From contig JBHLPR010000036.1 in the NCBI GenBank assembly GCA_048939245.1, forward strand, positions 1 to 20,844: a DNA stretch of 20,844 nucleotides. The letters run 5' to 3'. Every line of letters begins with the position of its first letter. Within the stretch, counting starts at the first letter, position 1. Shown piece by piece: positions 1 to 7,143 of this stretch. The notes under the pieces were generated by a model. The model ran no database searches. It was not told where the DNA came from and saw nothing but the letters and a program-made list of their open reading frames with translations. The stretch comes from Promethearchaeota archaeon. GTDB taxonomy: Archaea; Asgardarchaeota; Hermodarchaeia; Hermodarchaeales; Hermodarchaeaceae. The position numbers were made by a program, and so were the translations under genes.

Positions 1-153
1 GGTAAACATCTAATACTTCAACTCCGCGATGAAATCAGACAACGAATGGGAGACCAATATACCGACAAGTTCTTTCATGACACAGTGGCTGCGAATGGTA
101 ACCTGCCAGTTTCCTTACTTAGAAAGGTATTTGATCAAAAACTTGCTTCGTGA
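1..153 (+). CDS. DUF885-family protein, C-terminal fragment (5' truncated by window)
   Basis: Not in the ORF track. Frame 1 is open from base 1: GKHLILQLRDEIRQRMGDQYTDKFFHDTVAANGNLPVSLLRKVFDQKLAS*. This matches the remembered DUF885 C-terminal pattern G..I..LR.......G..F..K.FHD.....G.LP...L. Confidence 0.8.
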   Translation, partial: GKHLILQLRDEIRQRMGDQYTDKFFHDTVAANGNLPVSLLRKVFDQKLAS

Positions 154-164
154 TTCACTGAGGA

Positions 165-902
165 TTACCAAATACCAGGGAAGAGCCGCCTTGAAGTGTG
201 TTCTACATATTCGCCGTATCCATCAAGGTCATTTCGAAGCATTTGATCTTCCTTGTATGTTCGATAAATAAAGGAAAAGCTCATGATAATCCCTAATAGA
301 AAGGCCCACCACGAGTTAAGAAGCAAGGGTGAACCCAGATAATAGAAAATTTGACCGAGGTATCCAGGATGCCTGACCCAGCGATAGGGTCCTTTTGAGA
401 TGACCTGATGATCACGCTCATTTTGAATTTTCATCACACCATGAAAGAAGGGATTTGAAACCATCGCCCACCCGAATAGTATCTCTCCAATTACGACCAA
501 CCCAAATCCGATAAGCACTAACCAGAAGGGGACAGCAAACAGCAGAACAACCCAGGTGTCAAAGAAGCCTTGATAATCGAGCCCGGCAAAGATAGGTATC
601 AGAACTAGTAAGATAGTGAAAATCGCTAAGAAGATCTTATCATAACGGTGCATGGTGGCTTCTCGCATGGCACGTCGTGGGGCTCCACGAATGTTGAGAA
701 GCCCTGGATTTTTGGTTACCATGGCAACCATGAAAACCACCGAGAAAATGAGCAAGAAAAAGAGATAGATCCAGGCATTGAGCCAGAGCCGGAACCCCGC
801 TGAAACCCAGAGAAGTAGCCCAATAAACCCTACAATGACGAATTCGCGAACTATGCTGCTTATTCCGTATCTATTTAGGGATTCAGAAGTCGTGGCCTGC
901 AT
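165..902 (-). CDS. Isoprenylcysteine carboxyl methyltransferase (ICMT/Ste14/PEMT) family membrane methyltransferase, paralog 1
   Basis: Multiple TM helices; motif NPFF..MKIQNERDHQVISKGPYRWVRHPGY and C-terminal ED.ML....GY.EY.....R.FPGIW; RBS GAGGTGA upstream of the ATG. Confidence 0.9.
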   Translation of the reverse strand: MQATTSESLNRYGISSIVREFVIVGFIGLLLWVSAGFRLWLNAWIYLFFLLIFSVVFMVAMVTKNPGLLNIRGAPRRAMREATMHRYDKIFLAIFTILLVLIPIFAGLDYQGFFDTWVVLLFAVPFWLVLIGFGLVVIGEILFGWAMVSNPFFHGVMKIQNERDHQVISKGPYRWVRHPGYLGQIFYYLGSPLLLNSWWAFLLGIIMSFSFIYRTYKEDQMLRNDLDGYGEYVEHTSRRLFPGIW

Positions 903-921
903 TGAGATAAATCACCTCTTG

Positions 922-1590
922 TTAACTGTCCTTCTGTTTCTTCCTCAGAGGAGGAAGAAGACGCCCAGTTCGATGCATGTAATCTCGGTATTCGTCACCA
1001 AACTGGGAAAGAAGCATCGCTTCTTCTTTGGGGATACGACTAATAATATAGAATAACATCAACAGCCACACGAAGAAAAAGAGGATATTCGCAGAAATTA
1101 GAAACCATGAAAGGAAATAGAAGATATGAACAGTATACATGGGATGTCGAACCCACTGATACGGACCCTCTGTGACAAGATGATGTTCTTCTTGAATGGT
1201 TAATGACGGAGAGAACCCCCGATCTAACGATGCTTGTACCCACCCGAGAAAAACTAGCGAAATAAATCCGATGATGACGCCAAGCCAACGCACCCAATCA
1301 GGTAAGAGAAACACTAACCAAGGGAAGAGAGGCATAAAGAAGATATAGACAACGACTGCGAAAAGCATGAACAGCATTTGTAACATCAGCAACGTGAAAC
1401 TGAGACGCCCTTCATGTTCGATGGCGGATCGTACACGTTCACCTCGTGGTTTTTCCAAATCAGGGGATCGTCGACCATAGTAGCCACGAATAGCCATCCC
1501 AACTATGAAGATGACTAAGAAGAATATGAGAAATAGGAAGTCGCCGTTCATGGTTATTGCCCCAGGATAGCTTGAGAGCATTGCTTGCAT
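922..1590 (-). CDS. ICMT/Ste14-family membrane methyltransferase, paralog 2
   Basis: TM-rich; motif FSPSLTIQEEHHLVTEGPYQWVRHPMY and EEAMLLSQFGDEYRDYMHRTGRLLP; 19 bp from paralog 1, so probably co-transcribed. Start could be a downstream Met. Confidence 0.9.
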   Translation of the reverse strand: MQAMLSSYPGAITMNGDFLFLIFFLVIFIVGMAIRGYYGRRSPDLEKPRGERVRSAIEHEGRLSFTLLMLQMLFMLFAVVVYIFFMPLFPWLVFLLPDWVRWLGVIIGFISLVFLGWVQASLDRGFSPSLTIQEEHHLVTEGPYQWVRHPMYTVHIFYFLSWFLISANILFFFVWLLMLFYIISRIPKEEAMLLSQFGDEYRDYMHRTGRLLPPLRKKQKDS

Positions 1591-1616
1591 CTTTATACCT
1601 TCCGGTTAGTTTATTG

Positions 1617-1630
1617 ACTGACTGGTCAGT
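1617..1630. promoter_or_regulatory. Palindromic operator ACTGAC-TG-GTCAGT, probable TetR binding site
   Basis: Perfect 6-2-6 inverted repeat in the short divergent intergenic region between ICMT paralog 2 and TetR, next to a TATA-like element. Confidence 0.7.
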
Positions 1631-1633
1631 TAC

Positions 1634-1642
1634 TTTTATATA
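1634..1642. promoter_or_regulatory. TATA box, possibly bidirectional (TTTTATATA / TATATAAAA)
   Basis: Archaeal TATA consensus readable on both strands, about 40-45 bp from each divergent start codon. Confidence 0.55.
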
Positions 1643-1680
1643 CTAGAAATTCATTTTGAAACAGATACTCGGTGAGAACA

Positions 1681-2331
1681 ATGCCACGCGTATTACAAGA
1701 CTACAAGATACGTGCTAAGAAACGAATCGTCGAAGCAGCAATCACCGTCTTTGCGAAGAAAGGCTACCATAAAGCGAAGATGTCAGATATTGCCAAGGAA
1801 GTGGGCGTGAGTAAAGGAACACTCTATCAATATTTCAAGAGCAAAAAAGAGCTGTTTGAAGCAGTCGTCCAGATTCCTTTCCGGAAAATCCGAGAAGCCC
1901 CGCTTTCAGAACTACTGGATTCTGGCAATCTATTAGATATCACATCTAACACCTTCTATGACAAACTCTGGAGTACCCCGCTCTTCTTTTCTGAGCCCGG
2001 CTGGCCTGCCAGTCTGATGTTTGAAATTGTGTCCGAAGCGTCACGAAATCCAGAACTTGCGAATTCACTTCAATCCATGTATGATGAAGCCCTTGCCTAT
2101 CTTACAGCCTTCTTTAATGATCAGAAAGAGAAAGGTGTAATTCAACGTGACGTGAATACGAATAATCTAGCCTTAGGCTTGATTGCGCTACAAGATGGAT
2201 TACAGGGCTATGAGTTGTTTGGGATGGAGCACTCCGAAACCGGAAAAGCCTGGTCAGAAATTTCCAACATTTTGCTCCGTGGAGTCATGGCCAACGATAA
2301 GTCTGCAGAAGAGTATAAAGATAATAAGTAA
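1681..2331 (+). CDS. TetR/AcrR family transcriptional regulator
   Basis: N-terminal HTH RIVEAAITVFAKKGYHKAKMSDIAKEVGVSKGTLYQYFKSKKELF. ATG at 1681 follows GGTGAG at 1671-1676, so it is preferred over the GTG at 1672. Confidence 0.95.
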   Translation: MPRVLQDYKIRAKKRIVEAAITVFAKKGYHKAKMSDIAKEVGVSKGTLYQYFKSKKELFEAVVQIPFRKIREAPLSELLDSGNLLDITSNTFYDKLWSTPLFFSEPGWPASLMFEIVSEASRNPELANSLQSMYDEALAYLTAFFNDQKEKGVIQRDVNTNNLALGLIALQDGLQGYELFGMEHSETGKAWSEISNILLRGVMANDKSAEEYKDNK

Positions 2332-2378
2332 CCTTAGTCACCCTCTCTTTAGATTATACAAGAGAAGGTGTCTGTGTG

Positions 2379-3833
2379 ATGAAAGGCGAAATCCTGAAAA
2401 ACTACATTAATGGTCGCTGGGTGGAACCCAAATCAAAGGAAACCCGAGACGTCATCAATCCAGTAACCGGTGAGTTACTCGCGAAGGTGCCCATGTCCAC
2501 TGCTGAAGAAACCCAAGCAGCCATTGCCGCAGCCAAAGCCGCATTCTGGCGATGGAGATCAACTCCAGCGCAAACACGAATCCGTTATCTTTTCCAGTTT
2601 CGTGATGCGATAGAAGAGAATTTTGAAGACTTGTCTAGAACCATTACTATTGAACATGGTAAAATCCTCGATGAGGCTCGCGGAGAGTTCCGTCGGACTA
2701 TTGAAAATGTCGAAGCGGGGGCGGCTATTCCGCACCTTCAGATGGGATATAATTTCGAGGATATTTCGAGCGGCATCGACGAGATGTTGATTAAACAACC
2801 CTTGGGCGTATTTTTCTGCGTAGCGCCATTTAATTTTCCTGGAATGGTGCCTGGCTGGTTTTGGCCTTATGCAGTTGCCTGCGGAAACACGTACATTGTG
2901 AAACCCTCTGATCTCAAGCCAATTAGCCAAGTCAGGCAATTTGAACTCATTGACGAAATTGGATTTCCCAAGGGCGTCATGAACCTCGTGCTTGGAGGAC
3001 CGACCGCAGTCAACACTTTAATCGAAAGCCCTGATACGGTGGGCATGTCTTTTGTGGGATCGACCAAGGTTGGTCGCCTCTTATACAAGAAATGTGGTGA
3101 ACATGGAAAACGCACCCAAGTCCAAGCTGGTGCAAAGAATCACCTAACAATCATGCCCGATGCCAACATCGAACGAACAGTACCAAATCTAATGAGTTCG
3201 TTTTTTGGGAACACGGGTCAGCGGTGCTTGAGTGGAGCAGTCTTACTTGCCGTCGGGGACATCTACGAGCCAATCAAAAAAGCAGTCGTTGAAGCAGCCA
3301 AACGCTTAGTGGTAGGCAACGGTCTTGACGAAGGCACCCACATGGGACCTCTAGCAACCAAGGCAGGCCTTGATCGCGTACTCAAGTATATTGAATTGGG
3401 AATCAAAGAAGGAGCCAAACTCATCCTTGATGGTCGAAAAGTCAAGGTACCTGATTATCCCAAGGGCTTGTTTCTTGGTCCATCGATCTTTGACAAAGTG
3501 ACTCCCGATATGACCATTGCCAAAGAAGAAATCTTTGGACCCGTGATGTCGATCATCCATGTCAAAGACTTAGATGAAGCCATCGACATCATTCATCGCA
3601 ATCCCCACGGAAACGCGTCATCGATATTTACTTCAAGCGGAAAGTGGGCTCGCAAATACCAATACCGGGTTCGAGCTGGAAACATCGGAATCAATATCGG
3701 CGTTGTGGCCCCAATTGCCTCATTTCCATTTTCAGGAATGAAGGATTCCTTCTTTGGCGATCTCCACGGGCAGGGCCGAGATGCCATAGACTTTTTCACG
3801 GAGAACAAAGTCGTAATCACCCGATGGTTCTAG
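2379..3833 (+). CDS. mmsA: CoA-acylating (methyl)malonate-semialdehyde dehydrogenase
   Basis: ALDH fold: PFNFP, FVGST, AGAKNH (MMSDH-type, lacking the ELGGK Glu), catalytic GQRC, EEIFGPV, FSGMKDSFFGDLHGQG, C-terminal KVVITRW. Start is ATG 2379 or GTG 2376. Confidence 0.92.
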   Translation: MKGEILKNYINGRWVEPKSKETRDVINPVTGELLAKVPMSTAEETQAAIAAAKAAFWRWRSTPAQTRIRYLFQFRDAIEENFEDLSRTITIEHGKILDEARGEFRRTIENVEAGAAIPHLQMGYNFEDISSGIDEMLIKQPLGVFFCVAPFNFPGMVPGWFWPYAVACGNTYIVKPSDLKPISQVRQFELIDEIGFPKGVMNLVLGGPTAVNTLIESPDTVGMSFVGSTKVGRLLYKKCGEHGKRTQVQAGAKNHLTIMPDANIERTVPNLMSSFFGNTGQRCLSGAVLLAVGDIYEPIKKAVVEAAKRLVVGNGLDEGTHMGPLATKAGLDRVLKYIELGIKEGAKLILDGRKVKVPDYPKGLFLGPSIFDKVTPDMTIAKEEIFGPVMSIIHVKDLDEAIDIIHRNPHGNASSIFTSSGKWARKYQYRVRAGNIGINIGVVAPIASFPFSGMKDSFFGDLHGQGRDAIDFFTENKVVITRWF

Positions 3834-3857
3834 TAAAAATGAAACTGAGGGAAGAAC

Positions 3858-4289
3858 ATGGAATTGGGGACAACCAGTGCGATTATCACATTTGCAATCA
3901 AGCTAAATGAACAATCTCAAGTCATCTACAATCAAGTCATGGAAGCGTCTGATAATATGCAACTCCTTGAAGCAATACACGCTATGCAAAAACGCCAATC
4001 GAAGCGCACAAAACGATTGCATCGATTTCGGCGTGAACTTGTCACGGAAATGATTCTGGAGCCAATCCATGGATTCAATCGTGAAGATTTTTCAATCGAC
4101 ATGAAAATCAGTCCGGATATGACGGTCGCTGAGCTAGTGTCAGTCCTACTTATGAATGAGGAGAACATGAAGAACTACCTCACGACAGCGGCTGAGAAAC
4201 TTGATTTTCTGCCTGAGCTTAGTGATCAACTTCAAATGTTAAGTGATGACCTAGAAAACAATATCCAATTACTCAAAGGATTCCAATAA
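3858..4289 (+). CDS. Hypothetical protein, degenerate ferritin/rubrerythrin-like four-helix bundle
   Basis: Helical pattern AIITFAIKLNEQSQVIY...RRELVTEMILEPI...NEENMKNY resembles ferritin-like domains; RBS GAGG; 24 bp after mmsA. Confidence 0.6.
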   Translation: MELGTTSAIITFAIKLNEQSQVIYNQVMEASDNMQLLEAIHAMQKRQSKRTKRLHRFRRELVTEMILEPIHGFNREDFSIDMKISPDMTVAELVSVLLMNEENMKNYLTTAAEKLDFLPELSDQLQMLSDDLENNIQLLKGFQ

Positions 4290-4320
4290 CCTCGATGTTC
4301 AAGCAAACAGGGTAATAAGT

Positions 4321-4731
4321 CTAGTCGAAGTTTAATCGTGTACTTCTAATTTGGGCTGTGTCAACATTTAGGCTCTGCTGGATATAATCCTCGATTTTCT
4401 CAACATCAAAGAATTTACAAGACCACAAATCAAGAAATAACTCCATGGCATTTGGAAAAGTGTGTACTGCGATATGGGAATAATCAATGATGGCAAATCC
4501 TGTTAGCCCTGGATTGTGTTCCTTTCCTTCAACCACTACTGGACCATGCAGAATCTCCATCTCACTTAAGCTTGCGACATCCCGAATTAATGTCTCCACA
4601 AACTGACGATTAGTCATTTTTGTGTTGGGACAACCTTCGACTTTCAGTATCAGTTGGAAGTGGTTCGTTGAGAAAACAACGAGTCTAACCCGTATCCCCG
4701 CCCCATAAAATTTCCTCAAACATCCAAACAT
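4321..4731 (-). CDS. S-adenosylmethionine decarboxylase (SpeD/SpeH)-fold pyruvoyl-dependent decarboxylase, substrate uncertain
   Basis: GLTGFAIIDYSHIAVHTFP...LFLDLWSCK.FD matches the class 1b AdoMetDC motif G.TG....ESH...HT.PE...D...C. True start may be slightly downstream. Confidence 0.8.
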   Translation of the reverse strand: MFGCLRKFYGAGIRVRLVVFSTNHFQLILKVEGCPNTKMTNRQFVETLIRDVASLSEMEILHGPVVVEGKEHNPGLTGFAIIDYSHIAVHTFPNAMELFLDLWSCKFFDVEKIEDYIQQSLNVDTAQIRSTRLNFD

Positions 4732-4760
4732 CCTGTGAATTACCTAGTCTTGTCGAAGGT

Positions 4761-4794
4761 AAAAAAGAGAAAAAGGCGCGGGTACTCCCCGCGC
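4761..4794 (-). terminator. Hairpin plus U-tract terminator of the surface-protein gene
   Basis: Minus strand reads GCGCGGG-GAGTA-CCCGCGC followed by CTTTTTCTCTTTTTT, 15 nt after the stop codon at 4810. Confidence 0.75.
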
Positions 4795-4809
4795 AGAAAT
4801 GTAAAGCAA

Positions 4810-6975
4810 TTAAGGGAGTCTTCGTTTGCGTCGTCGGACGAACATGATTGTGCCTGTACTAAGAAGGAGTCCGAGTGCAACAGCCGCTATGGGAAAGCCT
4901 GGAATCCCTCCTGGTCCGATAGATATGGTGATGGAAAATGTGTCAGAGTTCCCTGAAGGATCAAATGCCGTGATATCAAGAGAATAATCTGTTGATGGGT
5001 TGAGCGGGAGTATGTTAGTGATGCTAATACTCGTACTCGTGGAGGATTCGACGGTGAAGTTGAAGTTGGTGGTATCCGACAGGGTCCAGTGATCAATGCC
5101 GTCGAGGTCCGTAGCTTCGATGATAACACCCGTAACTGGTACGCCGTAGTCAAAATACCACTCGGTCTGTGTGGTGGTGATTTCAGGGTCCGTTGTGTCT
5201 TCTACTGCAACAGTGAAGCTTGCGCTTTGAATGTATCCAAGTGTGTCATTGACTGATACTTGGAGTCCGTAGACACCTACTGCGAGAGCAATAGTGTTCG
5301 TGATAAGACCAGAGTTATCAATGGCAAAAGTCGTAGTATCGTTGATCCACCAGGTGTCAAGTCCGGAGCGATCCGTGGCGTCTAAATTATAGCTCAGATC
5401 CTGTCCCAATTCAAGGGTTTGGTCTGTTGGTGTTTGCACCCAAGCGGGTGGTGCTGCGGCTTCGATGGTGATGGTGATATTGGCGTTGATGCGATTATCG
5501 AGTGTGTCATTCGCCCATAATTGCAGCCGATAGATGTTCACAGCTAAGGGTGTGCTATTGGTGATTAAGCCTGTTCCGTCGATCGCGAAAGTCGATGTGT
5601 CATTCAACCAGTATTCATCGATGCCAGTGAACGCCGATGCCGTGGTATCGTAGCTAAAAGCGGGTCCGAACTCTTGAATTCGGTTACTTGGTTCAGTAAC
5701 CCACCAAATATCGGGGTCTGGCAGACGAAGCAACCAGATATCCTCAAGGCCGCCACCAAAACTCTCGGTTTGACCTGAAACAATAAACCCGCCACCAGTT
5801 ACCTCATGTATTAGTAGACCATAGTCTTGTTGTGAACCACCGTAGGTATGGTGCCAATAGAGATTACCAGAAATATCTGTTCGGACAACCCAAAGATCTC
5901 TTTCAGGGGCGCCAAAACTAGTAGACCATCCAGCTAAGACAAATTCGCCATTACTCAGCTCATCGATACCAAAAAGTACGTCTTGAAGTGTGCCACCGAA
6001 GGTCTGATTCCAGAGGTGATTGCCTGTTGCATCTGTTCGTACAAACAGGGTATCACCATATGAATCAAAACTGCGTGTAATTGCTGCGAAGGCATAGCCC
6101 CCACCGCTGACCTCGATAATAGAAGTAGAAATCTCATTGCCAGACCACCCATAGGTTTGATTCCATTGATGGTTCCCAGAAGCATCTGTATGGACGAGCC
6201 AGCTATCTTGTCCTCCTGCACCAAAGCTAGTCGTTGTACATTGTAGGGTGAATCCCCCACCACTAGCTTCCACCATGTAATCAGCCCAGTCATCTTGTGG
6301 GCCACCGTAGGTTTGATTCCAGAGCTCATTTCCTGAGGAATCTGTCCGAATCAACCACGCATCACGGTTTCCTGGGCTGAATCTATCTGTTCCCGAAGGA
6401 ATCGCGAAGCCACCAGCGCTTGCTTCAACTACAGCGTAGACTAAATTATCATCACCGGATCCACCAAAAGTAGTGTTCCAAAGATGATTTCCAGCAGCAT
6501 CAACGCGAACCAGCCAGATATCATCACCACCGGCACCATAACTTTCCGTGACTCCGATTAGAGCGAAGCCACCTGTGCTCACCTCTACAAGGTTACGAGC
6601 GACGTCCCAGCCCGTTCCTCCGTAGGTTTGATTCCAGAGCTCATTTCCATTAGCATCGGTGCGGATTAACCAGAAATCTCTATGATTAATCGCACCCATA
6701 TCCTTGGTTCCAAGTATCGCGTAGCCACCCCCACTGACTTCAATCACATAGGAACCTTCTTCCCGATTTGGTCCGCCAAACGTTTTGGTCCAGAGGGGAT
6801 CGAGGGCACCGGGAAGTGGGGGTGAGTTGATAGACGGGTTGTGAATTGGTGTTGTTTCTGATTTCGCTGAGAGTTCATTCGAGGGTATTTGCGAGTAAGT
6901 AATAAATTGACTCGCAAAAAGAACGATGAAGAGTATTAGAAGAGAGAGTTGATTTTTTTTCATTTTAAAGTCCAT
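4810..6975 (-). CDS. Secreted, C-terminally anchored surface glycoprotein: 7-repeat beta-propeller, 3 Ig/cadherin-like repeats and PGF-CTERM-like tail
   Basis: Signal peptide MKKNQLSLLILFIVLFASQF; seven ~52-aa W..T[YF]G[GW] repeats; three ~90-aa repeats with the pattern [DE]AT..G[IL]D.W..[NS]DT..F; tail IPGFPIAAVALGLLLSTGTIMFVRRRKRR; many N-x-T sequons. Confidence 0.85.
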   Translation of the reverse strand: MDFKMKKNQLSLLILFIVLFASQFITYSQIPSNELSAKSETTPIHNPSINSPPLPGALDPLWTKTFGGPNREEGSYVIEVSGGGYAILGTKDMGAINHRDFWLIRTDANGNELWNQTYGGTGWDVARNLVEVSTGGFALIGVTESYGAGGDDIWLVRVDAAGNHLWNTTFGGSGDDNLVYAVVEASAGGFAIPSGTDRFSPGNRDAWLIRTDSSGNELWNQTYGGPQDDWADYMVEASGGGFTLQCTTTSFGAGGQDSWLVHTDASGNHQWNQTYGWSGNEISTSIIEVSGGGYAFAAITRSFDSYGDTLFVRTDATGNHLWNQTFGGTLQDVLFGIDELSNGEFVLAGWSTSFGAPERDLWVVRTDISGNLYWHHTYGGSQQDYGLLIHEVTGGGFIVSGQTESFGGGLEDIWLLRLPDPDIWWVTEPSNRIQEFGPAFSYDTTASAFTGIDEYWLNDTSTFAIDGTGLITNSTPLAVNIYRLQLWANDTLDNRINANITITIEAAAPPAWVQTPTDQTLELGQDLSYNLDATDRSGLDTWWINDTTTFAIDNSGLITNTIALAVGVYGLQVSVNDTLGYIQSASFTVAVEDTTDPEITTTQTEWYFDYGVPVTGVIIEATDLDGIDHWTLSDTTNFNFTVESSTSTSISITNILPLNPSTDYSLDITAFDPSGNSDTFSITISIGPGGIPGFPIAAVALGLLLSTGTIMFVRRRKRRLP
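6305..6648. repeat. 29-bp perfect direct repeat (6305-6333 and 6620-6648) between propeller repeats
   Basis: CCGTAGGTTTGATTCCAGAGCTCATTTCC occurs twice and encodes GNELWNQTYG. Confidence 0.9.
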
Positions 6976-7116
6976 CCCTTAAGCTTCCAAGGGAGTAGGG
7001 TCCATTATACATTATGTATATTATATATTCATAGGATTGAAAGATTGCTACTAAAATCCCATTACAAAGAGCTTTTTTACAGGACCATTGTACAGGTCCT
7101 CAAACCTGTCTTAACG

Positions 7117-7123
7117 TATAAAA
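7117..7123 (+). promoter_or_regulatory. TATA box (TATAAAA) for a probably leaderless 7144/7147 gene
   Basis: TATAAAA about 25 bp upstream of GTG 7144 / ATG 7147. Confidence 0.55.
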
Positions 7124-7143
7124 GTGCGCACATCAGATAATTT

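Noticed and set aside
29-271. 80-aa ORF from the track
   Set aside because: Wrong frame: frame 1 (1..153) carries the DUF885-like motif, and this ORF overlaps the convergent ICMT.
3831-3836. TAG stop of mmsA as pyrrolysine read-through
   Set aside because: Immediately followed by TAA, and the protein is complete at VITRWF.
2559-3910. Several short antisense or alternative-frame ORFs inside mmsA, and similar ones inside other long genes
   Set aside because: Fully nested in well-supported CDSs and lacking motifs.
5700-6800. CRISPR-like periodic repeats
   Set aside because: The ~156-bp periodicity is degenerate, in frame and explained by protein repeats; no cas genes.
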